Assembly: GCA_046483985.1 (NCBI GenBank)
Contig: JAWOCD010000092.1
Location: 38,455-102,454 of the forward strand
Source of the DNA: Promethearchaeia archaeon
Lineage (GTDB): Archaea > Asgardarchaeota > Lokiarchaeia > Sigyniarchaeales > SOKP01
Length of the DNA: 64,000 bases
Direction of reading: 5' to 3'
This document shows positions 42,383-53,334 of this stretch, one piece after another; the stretch's first letter is position 1, and every line of letters starts with the position of its first letter. The notes beneath the pieces were generated by a model. It was not told the DNA's origin, did no database searches, and worked only from the letters and a program-made list of their open reading frames with translations. A program made the translations under genes and the position numbers.

Positions 42383-45300
42383 ATGACTTCGAAAAATGTA
42401 AGAAAAATTTTATTAAAAAAAGAAATGAAGGACAACTACATCGATTACGCCATGTCTGTAGTTGTCGGAAGGGCCATTCCTGATGTCCGGGATGGATTAA
42501 AACCCGTGCATAGACGAATCATTTATGCAATGGAAGATAATAATTATACCTATGGTAATCCTCATGTAAAATGCGCAAGAATCGTGGGAGATGCAATGGG
42601 TAAGTATCACCCTCATGGAGACCAAGCTGTATACAATGCATTAGTGCGAATGGCACAAGATTTTTCTATGCGATATCCATTGATTGACCCCCAGGGGAAC
42701 TTCGGTTCCATCGATGGTGACCCTCCTGCCGCGATGCGCTATTGTGTGACGGGTGATTCTCTTGTCCTAACTGGAGAGGGATTAGTGCCTATAAAAGATC
42801 TTTCAAAAAAAACTAAGAACAAGATATCCTCCATTACGGGTAAAAGAATTGGTATTCAACAAGGTAATAATATTATTGAAGTTGAGAATAATCAAGCAGT
42901 ACAATCTATTGTATCGAGGGGGTATGAAGGAGATTTAGATATTAAAATCCTTTCAAAGAAGGGTTTTGTTAATAATGCTTCCAAATTTTTTGATTCCGGA
43001 ATTCATAAAATCATTCAGATAACCACGAAACAAGGTTATTCAATTAAGGGAACAAAAAACCATCCAGTTTTATGTTGGGTAAAGAATTTAAATGGTAAGC
43101 CTACAACTACTTGGAAAACTTTAGGAGAAATTTCCAAGCAAGATATTGTTGTTCTTAATCGAAAAGGATTATTCCCTAAAAAAAATTATAATACAAAACC
43201 CCATATTCCGGAGAGTTCGGAGAGGAGATCTGAAATTGAATTTCCAACTGAGATCACCGAAGAATTGGCATTTTCTCTTGGAGCTCTCGTGGCAGAAGGG
43301 AGTATATCTGATACCGTTCAACAAAGGCTTTCCTTTAATAATAAAAATTATAATTATTATGAGAAAGTTAAGAAAGGACTATTGAAATCTTTCCCGGGAA
43401 TCTCCCTATATGAGAGAGATGAATATAAGGGATGGAAAGAATTTTCTTTACATTATAGGGAACTACTTGATTTTCTCTATAGTATTGGGCTTAATCCTGT
43501 TAAATCGGATATGAAAGAAATACCATTCTCGGTTTTGAGATCAAGTAAATCTGTAGTAGCTTCTTTTTTAAAAGCTTTGTTTGAGGGTGATGGATCGGTC
43601 CAAATCAATATAGATAAAAGACATGGGGGCAAATCTTGCAATATAACCTATATCTCGAAGAGTACTAAATTATTAAACCAATTAAAATATATTTTGCTAT
43701 GTTTTGGTATCATGACTAGTCATCTTATCCCAGATCCTAGAAATGATACTTATCGGATTACAATACTTGGTATGGAATCTAAATTAACTTTTCTCGATGA
43801 GATTGGATTCTTTTCGTCCAGAAAATCAGAAAAACTTGAAAAGCTTCGAGAAATGGATCATACAAGGATTAGCAAAACTGATTTTATTCCATATTTAACT
43901 GATTACTTTAGGTCTAAATATAATTATCGTTTTAATGAATATTTTCAAAAACAAAATATCGATCGATATAATTCTCTTAAAAAGAAGATTAATCATATTA
44001 AAACATTAGTTGGAGAAAACGATGCCGCATATCTTCAAGAACTTATAGAGAATAACTATGTTTTCCAAGAGATTGATTCAATTAGCCATCTCCCCGAGGA
44101 ACATGTATATTCTATTAGAGTAGATTCGGATTGTCATTCATTTACAGCGAATGGATTTATTAACCATAATACGGAGGCGAGATTAGCGCGCATTTCAGAT
44201 GAGTTAATCGAAGATATGGATAAAGATACGGTAGATTTTATCCCAAACTTCGATGATAGTTTGCAAGAGCCAAGTTATCTACCTGCAAAAATACCCAACA
44301 CTTTATTGAATGGAACTAAAGGTATTGCCGTAGGGATGGCAACTTCAATGGCTCCACATAATCTCACGGAGGTTTGTCAAGGAATTATTAAAGTAATTGA
44401 TAACCCTAATATCTCAATTGAAGAGTTAATGAAAATTGTTAAAGGGCCTGATTTTCCCACAGGAGGAATTATCAGTAATACAACGGGAATCTATAATGCA
44501 TATAAGACAGGAAAAGGTAGAGTACCAATTCGAGGCGTGGTAGATGTTGAAAAATCTGATAGTGAATTTAATTTAGTTATAACCGAAATTCCTTACTTAG
44601 TAAATAAGAATAAATTAGTTAAATCAATTGCCAATTTAATTAAAAATAATGAGCTCAAGGATGTAAAGGATTTAAGAGACGAATCCGACCGGGAAGGAAT
44701 GCGCATTGTTTTAGAATTAAAGCAAAAAGCACAAGTTCCAATAATAAAAAATATCCTTTATAAGCGCACCAGATTAATGAAAAACTTTTATATTAAAAAT
44801 TTAGTATTGGTCAATGACGGAAAGCAACCGAAAATTCTCAATTTAAAAGAATTAATGCAAGAATACATAAAACATCGGTTAACCGTTATCCTCCGACGGA
44901 CAAAATATGATTTAGAAAAAGCAGAATCAAAATTACATAAACTGGAAGGAATAATAATTGCTTTAAATGATATTGACAACGTGGTACAACTAATTAAGAA
45001 AGCAAAAGACACCACCCAAGCCAGAGCAGAATTAATAAAGAAATACGATCTAACAAAAGTGCAAGCAAATGCCATCTTACGTATGACACTTTCTCGTTTA
45101 ACAAATCTTGAACAACAAAAACTTAAGAATAAAAAAGATGAGTTAGAAGAAGCAATCAACAATTATAAAGGTATTATTAAAAGCCGGAACAAACGGCTTG
45201 AGATTATTAAGCAAGAACTTACCGAACTAATCGAAAAGTATGGCGATGATCGATGGACGAAAATAGTTCAAAAAGAACTCAATTTGAATATTAAAAGAAA

Positions 45301-46297
45301 AGATCTCATTAAAAATGTACCGACCATAGTCCTCCTTACGAAAAACCATTACATTAAGCGTATATCAGTGGCAGAGTATCGTACGCAGCATAGAGGAGGG
45401 CGAGGAAAACGGGGAATGACAGTTAGAGAAGAGGATTTCATTAATGATCTATTTGTATGTTCTACACACGACACTATTTTATTTTTCACATCAAATGGGA
45501 GGGTCTATTCCATAAAAGCCTTTGAAATTCCCAAACAAACGCGTACAGCAAAAGGAAAACCTATTGTTAATATTATCCCGTTAAGGAATAATGAAACTAT
45601 CTCGGAAATGGTCCCAATTAATAATTTCAACAAAAACGAGTACCTGATAATGACAACAAAAAGGGGACGGGTCAAGAAAATAAGACTTAATCAATTTAAT
45701 AAGGTAAGAAGTACAGGTATTAGAGCGCAGCGAATTAAAAAGGGTGATAAATTGGTGAGTGTAAAAAAACTGACCAATGAATTACAAGACGTATTTATCG
45801 CCACTAAAAAAGGATATGCCATCCGGTTTGACGAATCCGAACTACGAGAACTAGGGAGAAATACAATGGGAGTAAAGGGAGTAGATTTACGTGAGGGAGA
45901 TAAAGTTATTGATGCTGTCTTGGTTACCGATGACACAATAGTTTTAACGCTTACGAAAAACGGGTACGGACAAAGGACGATAATTAAAGAATACAGAAAA
46001 ACTGCCCGAGGAGCGAAAGGAGTAAGAAATATAAATCTTAATGAGGAGGAGAATGATGAAGTCGTTGCTTTACGAATAGGAGAAAAGGAAGATATATTGG
46101 TAGGGACGGAACAAGGACAAGTTATTCGAGTACCAGTCGATTCTGTGCGTATCACACATCGAAGAGCCAAGGGCGTCCGAGTAATTAATTTATATGAAGA
46201 CGATTCGGTGATTGGAGTTGGGAAATGTGCAACTGAAACTTGTGCAGAGGGAGAAGAAGAGAATGAAGAAGAAAAGAATGTTGATAAGGAAGAATAA
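42383..46297 (+). CDS. gyrA: DNA gyrase subunit A (intein-containing)
   Basis: DGLKPVHRR, YHPHGD, AAMRY|intein|TEAR, GyrA-box QHRGGRG, beta-pinwheel repeats and an acidic tail. Confidence 0.96.
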   Translation: MTSKNVRKILLKKEMKDNYIDYAMSVVVGRAIPDVRDGLKPVHRRIIYAMEDNNYTYGNPHVKCARIVGDAMGKYHPHGDQAVYNALVRMAQDFSMRYPLIDPQGNFGSIDGDPPAAMRYCVTGDSLVLTGEGLVPIKDLSKKTKNKISSITGKRIGIQQGNNIIEVENNQAVQSIVSRGYEGDLDIKILSKKGFVNNASKFFDSGIHKIIQITTKQGYSIKGTKNHPVLCWVKNLNGKPTTTWKTLGEISKQDIVVLNRKGLFPKKNYNTKPHIPESSERRSEIEFPTEITEELAFSLGALVAEGSISDTVQQRLSFNNKNYNYYEKVKKGLLKSFPGISLYERDEYKGWKEFSLHYRELLDFLYSIGLNPVKSDMKEIPFSVLRSSKSVVASFLKALFEGDGSVQINIDKRHGGKSCNITYISKSTKLLNQLKYILLCFGIMTSHLIPDPRNDTYRITILGMESKLTFLDEIGFFSSRKSEKLEKLREMDHTRISKTDFIPYLTDYFRSKYNYRFNEYFQKQNIDRYNSLKKKINHIKTLVGENDAAYLQELIENNYVFQEIDSISHLPEEHVYSIRVDSDCHSFTANGFINHNTEARLARISDELIEDMDKDTVDFIPNFDDSLQEPSYLPAKIPNTLLNGTKGIAVGMATSMAPHNLTEVCQGIIKVIDNPNISIEELMKIVKGPDFPTGGIISNTTGIYNAYKTGKGRVPIRGVVDVEKSDSEFNLVITEIPYLVNKNKLVKSIANLIKNNELKDVKDLRDESDREGMRIVLELKQKAQVPIIKNILYKRTRLMKNFYIKNLVLVNDGKQPKILNLKELMQEYIKHRLTVILRRTKYDLEKAESKLHKLEGIIIALNDIDNVVQLIKKAKDTTQARAELIKKYDLTKVQANAILRMTLSRLTNLEQQKLKNKKDELEEAINNYKGIIKSRNKRLEIIKQELTELIEKYGDDRWTKIVQKELNLNIKRKDLIKNVPTIVLLTKNHYIKRISVAEYRTQHRGGRGKRGMTVREEDFINDLFVCSTHDTILFFTSNGRVYSIKAFEIPKQTRTAKGKPIVNIIPLRNNETISEMVPINNFNKNEYLIMTTKRGRVKKIRLNQFNKVRSTGIRAQRIKKGDKLVSVKKLTNELQDVFIATKKGYAIRFDESELRELGRNTMGVKGVDLREGDKVIDAVLVTDDTIVLTLTKNGYGQRTIIKEYRKTARGAKGVRNINLNEEENDEVVALRIGEKEDILVGTEQGQVIRVPVDSVRITHRRAKGVRVINLYEDDSVIGVGKCATETCAEGEEENEEEKNVDKEE
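42743..44170 (+). mobile_element. Intein (476 aa) with LAGLIDADG homing endonuclease in GyrA
   Basis: Starts CVTGDSLV; block B GTKNHP; LGALVAEG and FLKALFEGDG; ends HSFTANGFINHN with +1 Thr. Confidence 0.93.
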
Positions 46298-46380
46298 GTC
46301 TTTAGAAACAAAAATAATTCTATTTTATTATCATCTCTTTGATGAATAAATTTAAAAAATAATTATAACGATTAATTTTT

Positions 46381-46920
46381 ATGAGTATGAGAGAAATAAA
46401 GACCGAAAAAAAAGAACTATTGATTGGATTAATTTCCGATACCCATTGTCCGTCTAAGGGGGAGGTTCCACCTGAAATAATTAAGGAATTCAAGGAGAAA
46501 GAGATTGATTATCTATTTCATCTCGGAGATTACTGTAATTGGGAAACGTATAAATTATTTATCGATGAGTTTGGAAAAGATAAATTTATTGGAATTAGTG
46601 GGAACATGGATAACGATAAACAATTGAAGAAAGAAGTGCCTGAAACGCAAGAGTTAGAAATTTTTGGACATAAAATTTTCATGACTCATGGAATGGGAGG
46701 TCCCAATATGATCATCAGACGATTAAATAAGAATTTTGATCTAAAAGGATATGATATCGTCATTTTTGGACATGTTCACCGGCCTTATAATGAAAAAAAG
46801 GACGGGCGGCTATATCTTAGCCCAGGTACACCCAGTGATAAGCGTTTTACAGACATCAATTCTTATGGATATTTAAAGATCTCAAAGGACAAAATTGACC
46901 CAACAATTATTCAGATATAA
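46381..46920 (+). CDS. YfcE/MJ0936/Vps29-like metallophosphoesterase
   Basis: ISDTH, HLGD, GNMD, THG, FGHVH, SPG. Confidence 0.88.
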   Translation: MSMREIKTEKKELLIGLISDTHCPSKGEVPPEIIKEFKEKEIDYLFHLGDYCNWETYKLFIDEFGKDKFIGISGNMDNDKQLKKEVPETQELEIFGHKIFMTHGMGGPNMIIRRLNKNFDLKGYDIVIFGHVHRPYNEKKDGRLYLSPGTPSDKRFTDINSYGYLKISKDKIDPTIIQI

Positions 46921-47076
46921 ATTCTGTTAGTTACCTTGGCCTTTTTTCCGATCATGAAAATATTCAGGTGCTTGATAACCCATTGGAGGGATATAAAACA
47001 CCCTTTAAAATTAATAATGGTTTTGTTGTATACATATAAAAAAAGAGAGAAGATTAATTTTTTTATGGTTTGAATT

Positions 47077-48762
47077 TTACACTTGAGCGAAGAGAGAAAT
47101 TAGCGAGAATATAAATCCATAGGGCGATAATGTACTCAATATGCACAACAAAATGAAAGTATCAATGATCACTCCTGGAACGATACTCCCTGTCTTTTTA
47201 TATAATATCGCAGCAACGCATACCGCAAGGACATTAATTGGGATTGATACCATTAGAATGAGAGTCAAAAAATAATTACCCATGATAATGGACGGAATTA
47301 AAATGATCGCAGAGAGATAGATCAGTAGGATCGCAAGTGCTATTCCGATTGATTTAGACAGCGAATTTTGTTCCCCTTTAATCTTCGGATACAGAACCAT
47401 ATTTAACAGCAGTTGGAATATAATGAAAATCACGAAGAGCGGTACAAAATAAATCAGCATCCACGGAATTTTCACTATTGAGGGAATAATCCCAAGATAA
47501 TTCAAGCCGATGGAGAGATATAACACCACATAGAGAATGACTGCCAATAGGATTCCCACTATACTCTCCTTTACTATTTTTTTCCGTGTACCATGAAAGG
47601 GTTCTTTAAGTAAGGATAATATCGAAGCCTCCTCACGATTAGAAGATTTCCAAAGATACATCAAAAACCCGAATGCTTGACCAAAAAGAACCATAATAAG
47701 CACACCAGCCAATACTAAGGGGAGCAATAAAAGTAACGGTATCATAAGGATCATCCCAGGAATGAAAAATACCAATGTATATAACAGAGATCTTTTGGTG
47801 ATTTGTGTCCATGTCTCATCGGCGAACTCAAACGTTGGTAATTCATCTTCGTCCTCCCTAAATTTCAAGACAAATTTGGAAACTGGTCCACAAATGGAGA
47901 AAAAGAAGCCCATTCCTCCCAACAATTGTAAAATGAGGATTAAAAAACGCAAATTCACATAGAAATTTGGATCTGCGGGGTTCACTTCATCAAACGTATT
48001 TAAAACCCAATCCCTTGCCTCTCTGATAAAATCTTGGTCCCAAGCAGTCATGAGGTGATCCGAATTATCATCTAAAAAGACTTTAGCGGCATCGCCATCT
48101 TGAAAACTGCCATATAACCGATTTACTGCTATTTCATCCGTATCTTTGCCGATATAATCTCCAAATTGCTCCTTTACTTCATTCAGCGAAAAGGCTTGAT
48201 CAAACTGGGCTAATATCATTAGAATATTAAGGGTCCGATTTGCGGCTATATCATCCTTCTTTATTGCAAGTGAAGTACCAACACCGATAAATGCTTTAAA
48301 ATCCTCATCGTTCTTCACAATTTCGTTTCCGGGCCATCCGCCCATGGAATAGCCGATATATCCTAAATTGTGAATATCTATATCATCCCTCTCCGCCAAG
48401 TATCCCTTAACTGCTTCCACATCATTAACTAATTTCTCGTGATTAAGATCTCCCGAGCTTTGCCCGTGCCCCCGAAAATCGATGGGAACTGCCACATAGC
48501 CTGCAGCGGCCAATTCAATGGCATACCCTTTCATCATCTCTTTATTAACCATGACTCCGTGTCCGATAATTACTGCTTTCTTCTTTTTCTCGTCCGAGGT
48601 TTTTGGTTCAAAGACATTAAACGAAATTGTTTCTCCGTCATCAGTTTGGACTGAATTCCCATATGTAATCTTAATAGTCATAGGAACGTGAAATATCAAG
48701 ACCGTCCCCACGATAAACATACCTAAGAAAAGCAACACGAATGTTATCTGCTTTTTCTTCAT
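47077..48762 (-). CDS. Membrane-anchored alpha/beta hydrolase with C-terminal TM bundle
   Basis: HG, DFRGHG, GYSMGG nucleophile elbow, DH; about 8 C-terminal TM helices. Confidence 0.82.
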   Translation of the reverse strand: MKKKQITFVLLFLGMFIVGTVLIFHVPMTIKITYGNSVQTDDGETISFNVFEPKTSDEKKKKAVIIGHGVMVNKEMMKGYAIELAAAGYVAVPIDFRGHGQSSGDLNHEKLVNDVEAVKGYLAERDDIDIHNLGYIGYSMGGWPGNEIVKNDEDFKAFIGVGTSLAIKKDDIAANRTLNILMILAQFDQAFSLNEVKEQFGDYIGKDTDEIAVNRLYGSFQDGDAAKVFLDDNSDHLMTAWDQDFIREARDWVLNTFDEVNPADPNFYVNLRFLILILQLLGGMGFFFSICGPVSKFVLKFREDEDELPTFEFADETWTQITKRSLLYTLVFFIPGMILMIPLLLLLPLVLAGVLIMVLFGQAFGFLMYLWKSSNREEASILSLLKEPFHGTRKKIVKESIVGILLAVILYVVLYLSIGLNYLGIIPSIVKIPWMLIYFVPLFVIFIIFQLLLNMVLYPKIKGEQNSLSKSIGIALAILLIYLSAIILIPSIIMGNYFLTLILMVSIPINVLAVCVAAILYKKTGSIVPGVIIDTFILLCILSTLSPYGFIFSLISLFAQV

Positions 48763-48974
48763 AAAAATTGGTCTCGTTTTATTGATATAATTATTTATTT
48801 ATTTATTTATCTATATTTTATATCCCAATTTTGATAAATATTTTTCAGGTATTAAGAAGAATGAAACATTCCAACTGAAAGAAAGAGAACAAAAACAGAT
48901 GTTTAAAATTAACTTAATGGTGAAAATATCAAGTTTCTGAGTCACAAGATAAAAATAGATAAGAAAAAAATATA

Positions 48975-49592
48975 TTAGGTACTCTCCATCGATTGGCCAG
49001 AAAGCTTTTTGTAATGGTTTAAAACTGCTTGGCGCGCTCCGTAGACAAACCCTTTCTTTACATTGACTCCAGTAATCGCGATTGTCTCATAAATCATAAC
49101 ATGATTCAATTTTGCTGTATCCAGCACTTTTCTAATCTTCGAAACCTCCACAATATCTTCTAAATCTCTTTTATTTGCTAAAACAACCATAGGAATTTCA
49201 GGAGGATCTCCAATATTTTTGGGAATTAATTTATCACCGTAAAATTTCAGAAGCTCCTTAAGGGACCAGATGTTTTCACCCCATTGATCCACTAACGAGT
49301 CCCAAACAAAAATAACCGCATCAGTTCCTTTAAGTACAGTTTGTCTCTGGAATTTGTGTCTTCTTTGGCCTGCAACGGTATAGACTTGGAACACGACATT
49401 AGAAACACGGGCAACAACTCTATCAAAAAATAAAGTTCTCCCCGTCGGATCTTGAATTTGTTGCATGTCCCCAGAAGCAAGACCTTCTTTATCATAGACC
49501 CATTCCAAGGCTGTAGTTTTACCCCCTAAAGACGGGCCATAAAAGCAAATCTTGAACACGAGCGTACCGTCTCCTCGTCGACTTGGACTCAT
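48975..49592 (-). CDS. MglA-like small Ras-superfamily GTPase
   Basis: KICFYGPSLGGKTT, RTLFFD, YTVAGQ, NKRD, AITG. Confidence 0.88.
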   Translation of the reverse strand: MSPSRRGDGTLVFKICFYGPSLGGKTTALEWVYDKEGLASGDMQQIQDPTGRTLFFDRVVARVSNVVFQVYTVAGQRRHKFQRQTVLKGTDAVIFVWDSLVDQWGENIWSLKELLKFYGDKLIPKNIGDPPEIPMVVLANKRDLEDIVEVSKIRKVLDTAKLNHVMIYETIAITGVNVKKGFVYGARQAVLNHYKKLSGQSMEST

Positions 49593-49988
49593 TTATTCTT
49601 CTACCTCGCTGTTAATTGACATATTTAACTCATCGAGAAGTTTTGTACAAATATTCATTATAATGTTCAACATTTCTGTTAATTATATTCTTTAAATAAG
49701 AAACTTATAAATGTATATAATAGTTATTCAATTTAAGCTTTTTCTACTTTCGAGCAATTTTCAAATTATAAAAAATATCCTTATAAAAACATAATAGTTA
49801 TGTAAATTAAAATTTTTCCGTATTCCTATAATTCAAGTTCTCTTTCCCATCTTTTAAAAAAATTCTTTGAAATGTAATAAAGAAGAATGGTCTTAGTTTA
49901 CAATTTGTTTAAATACTTGATTGAATTCTATTTAATTGAAATGCATTTAAATTATTAAATAGAAGCGTTTAAAATCTAATCTCAAAAT

Positions 49989-51782
49989 GTGAAAATAATG
50001 AAATATGTGAACTTAAAAAACGTAAGCTATGCATCACTTTTCCTAAATCTTGGTTCAGTAATTTTCGGAATCTTATATCTTGCTTTAATCAAAATAACGG
50101 GAAACATGCTCTTCTGGGAAGTATATGGAGCACTTCTGTTATTGACGATTTTCGGGAATTTCCTCCTTGTGTATTTAACGGACCAGAATCTATATAAAAA
50201 GACAAAATTGGGGAATAAACTAAGCATTCTGAGTTACATTTACTTAATTTTCGTTATTTTTGGTATGATCTTTGTCCCAGTAAGTAACTTTATTATTTCT
50301 GTTACGTATTCCAATCAAATAGCAGACAGTCTGATATTCTATGCAATGGAAATCGGCTTTTACTTTGGATTTTTTATTTTTGGAGGGATTTTAGGGGTCT
50401 TAAATATAAAGAATCTTCAAAATCAGAGAATTTGGCTATCAGAAGAAGAATCCGCCTCAGAGCTAACGAATAAAACCTTGAAAATCAATAAGATTCTAAA
50501 GTTAATTTTAGGTATTATCTGCGTAGTTGCCCTTATAATCGGAATATTTCTGAGCGCATCTTTAATATTCGGTCGATGGATAGACGGTTTGTTGTGGGTG
50601 ATAAATATGTTCGTTCCCGAGTTTGCATTGGCTTTTTCCTTTATCTTTTTCAGTATTACGGTAATTCTTTTAAAGATAATCCCCCGGGAAAGGCGAAAAA
50701 AAATACATTATGCGGTAGCTCTCATTGGGCTCATACTTACCGGGATTATGATGCTCCCTTATTTTATGTCTCCGTATAATTCTTATTCGGCCGAAGCTCA
50801 GTTTTCTGGCGCATTTGGGGAAGATTGGCAGAACAATATCGATGCTGATCTCGAATCCAAATACTTAATGAAGTCAACCTTTACTACTCCAGGATATTTC
50901 CTTCGAATCCCACCAAAAGATTGCAATTATGAAGCTGATGTCTTGTATTTTGATGGCGCTAAAAGCAATTTTTCTGAAGATAACGAGATAAAACTTTATT
51001 TCGATGTATTTTGGCCCAAGGAGATAAAAGAAGAGATGCCAGGCGTGGAGGACGGAAAGTCTGCAGTTCTGATAAAGATTCACGGTGGAAGCTGGCGCTA
51101 CGGAGACAAAGGGAGTGGTCATGTAATGCAAGTTAATAAACATTTTGCCGCCCAAGGATATATTGTCTATGATATTCAATACGGGTTGAAAGAAACCGAA
51201 GAAGAGGGGACATTAAGTTCTCTAACTCCTGAAAATGTGCTCGGAGACTTTGATATTGACGATATGATTCGTCATATTGGTAACTTTACAAAATACATTT
51301 CCAACTCCAACAAGGACTATAATGCTGTAGAATTAGGAGGAAATTTAGAACATACTTTTATAAGCGGAGGATCTGCGGGAGGGCATCTTTCTTGTACAAC
51401 TGCCTTAGCCATACACAGTGGAAATTATACCTCCATTTTTGGAGACGCTGTGCAAATTATTGGGTATATTCCCTTTTATCCTGCCAATGGCTTATCTGGT
51501 CTTGAGGGAAAAGAAGAGTTTAAAAACCCAGAGGATCATTTAATTGACAAGAACGCCCCGGCGTGTTTGATTTATCAAGGGACCAATGATCTTATATGCA
51601 GAAAAGTCTCCGAAACAATTAAAAAAAGATATATGAATGCAGAAAATGATAAATGCGGCATAATTTGGCTTGAATTTTCTGGGCATGCGAATGATATGTA
51701 CTATTCTGGATACTATAATCAGATCTTCCTCTATTACTTCGAAAGATTTACTTATCTCTGCGTAAAAGGGGAAATTATTTAA
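49989..51782 (+). CDS. Membrane-bound alpha/beta hydrolase (HSL/carboxylesterase family)
   Basis: About 7 N-terminal TM helices; IHGGSW, GGSAGG, GTND and GH catalytic motifs. Confidence 0.82.
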   Translation: MKIMKYVNLKNVSYASLFLNLGSVIFGILYLALIKITGNMLFWEVYGALLLLTIFGNFLLVYLTDQNLYKKTKLGNKLSILSYIYLIFVIFGMIFVPVSNFIISVTYSNQIADSLIFYAMEIGFYFGFFIFGGILGVLNIKNLQNQRIWLSEEESASELTNKTLKINKILKLILGIICVVALIIGIFLSASLIFGRWIDGLLWVINMFVPEFALAFSFIFFSITVILLKIIPRERRKKIHYAVALIGLILTGIMMLPYFMSPYNSYSAEAQFSGAFGEDWQNNIDADLESKYLMKSTFTTPGYFLRIPPKDCNYEADVLYFDGAKSNFSEDNEIKLYFDVFWPKEIKEEMPGVEDGKSAVLIKIHGGSWRYGDKGSGHVMQVNKHFAAQGYIVYDIQYGLKETEEEGTLSSLTPENVLGDFDIDDMIRHIGNFTKYISNSNKDYNAVELGGNLEHTFISGGSAGGHLSCTTALAIHSGNYTSIFGDAVQIIGYIPFYPANGLSGLEGKEEFKNPEDHLIDKNAPACLIYQGTNDLICRKVSETIKKRYMNAENDKCGIIWLEFSGHANDMYYSGYYNQIFLYYFERFTYLCVKGEII

Positions 51783-51810
51783 AATCTTTTTGTTTTCGTT
51801 TTTTTTTTTT

Positions 51811-53163
51811 TTAGAAATCCATCCTCTTTATATGTGTCCAATCTCTATCAAAGATGAAGTCTAATTGTTCATCCTTCTTAGCATCATTGATGAGATCTAC
51901 TACTAATGTTGACCAAGCAAATTGTTTTGCTCCCATACCCTCTCCCGTGGTGGGTGAGTAAAATTCCCGAAAGGAATATCCATTTTTTTTAATTAAATCC
52001 AAGGTTTTGATCATCAGTTCACTTGCTACATTTGAAAAACCATGTTTTTCCAATCCATTAATGATAAACCAATTGATGTTGATCCAAGTGGGTCCACGCC
52101 ATAAAAGGGTTTCTGATTTCGAATAAGCTGGCTCATCCAATGCCACAGAAGGAACTGGATAGCTCGGCCAAAACTCCTTTTCATTTAATAAATGATCATG
52201 AACTAACTGAGATGCAATATTTTGCGGCAGATTATCCAGAATCAAAGGAATAAACCCCAAACATGCCTTAACCTTATCTTGCTCCCCATCTTTGCCATAA
52301 ATTCCAAAAAACATTTTTTCTTCAGGATCCCAACAGTGTTCCAGTAAAACTTCTTCAAGCTGATCGGCTCTTTGGTTTAATTCCTCCTTGGGGTGTGGTT
52401 GTTCTGTTACATAATAAAGTTGGGCTAAATCCCGACAACCTTGGATATAGGCACAATTAAACAACAGATCTTTATAGAGAAAATAACCTCGCTCTGCGAT
52501 TTTCTCCATATTCCAATTACATTTGCTTAAAACGCGTACTTGTTTGATTAAACGATGCATCCACTTCAATAATAAAAAACGACCTTGAATCCCTAAAGCC
52601 GAATCATAAACTGGAGAATTATCTATACCGCTCTCCCATGAATGGATGATATTTAATAGTGGAACTGCGTCATCTTCTATAATTCGTGTAGAATACAGAT
52701 AATCATAGTATTGTTTCACTTTTGGTATGTAACGCTTGACAAAATCGAGATCGTTGGAATGGTAATATATTGCTTTCAAGGCTTGCGGAACAAGCGGCGT
52801 TTGAGTTATATTACTAGACTGCTCATAGGTATAAAAACTCTGAAAAAGCCAATCAATAATTGAAAATTTATTTTTCCAATAATACATATGACTAATCAAA
52901 CCATTCGAATGTTGGCGGACCAACAATGTTTCAAATTCTTTCTTCGCATAATCCAAATCAATATGAGTATTAACTAGAATATGAAAACAAGAATCCCACA
53001 TCCATTGATGAGAATAGGTTTCTGGAGAAGGACAAGTATAAAAATAGGATTTGTTACTCTTATCTGAAATACGACCAGTCCGCCTATTTTCATCCAATAG
53101 AGTTCTGGCTGTTTCAAGTATTTTGTCAAAAACATCTTGTGAGTTAGTATTATTTTCGCTCAA
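51811..53163 (-). CDS. GH63/MGH1-like (alpha/alpha)6 glycoside hydrolase
   Basis: QWMWDSCF, TQTP, WESGIDNSP, WRGPTW, FREFY..TGEG.GA..FAWS. Confidence 0.85.
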   Translation of the reverse strand: MSENNTNSQDVFDKILETARTLLDENRRTGRISDKSNKSYFYTCPSPETYSHQWMWDSCFHILVNTHIDLDYAKKEFETLLVRQHSNGLISHMYYWKNKFSIIDWLFQSFYTYEQSSNITQTPLVPQALKAIYYHSNDLDFVKRYIPKVKQYYDYLYSTRIIEDDAVPLLNIIHSWESGIDNSPVYDSALGIQGRFLLLKWMHRLIKQVRVLSKCNWNMEKIAERGYFLYKDLLFNCAYIQGCRDLAQLYYVTEQPHPKEELNQRADQLEEVLLEHCWDPEEKMFFGIYGKDGEQDKVKACLGFIPLILDNLPQNIASQLVHDHLLNEKEFWPSYPVPSVALDEPAYSKSETLLWRGPTWININWFIINGLEKHGFSNVASELMIKTLDLIKKNGYSFREFYSPTTGEGMGAKQFAWSTLVVDLINDAKKDEQLDFIFDRDWTHIKRMDF

Positions 53164-53334
53164 ACGAGATCAACTTTTTATTATATTCTTTTACTAAGAA
53201 GAGAAATATCCAATTCTAATTATTTTTTAAGATAGGGAATGATTCGATTCCAAATTATAAAATTATAAATATGTAAATCTAATAATATTTAAAGAATTAT
53301 TTCGAATGAAAAAATCATTATAAGACGAGAGAAG

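Noticed and set aside
45691-46311. 206-aa antisense ORF and the many other short overlapping ORFs in the track
   Set aside because: Shadow ORFs opposite or inside well-supported genes, with no motifs of their own.
46381-46920. Calling the phosphoesterase a true retromer Vps29
   Set aside because: It keeps the full metal-binding motif set of ordinary YfcE/MJ0936 enzymes, and no Vps26/Vps35-like neighbour is present.
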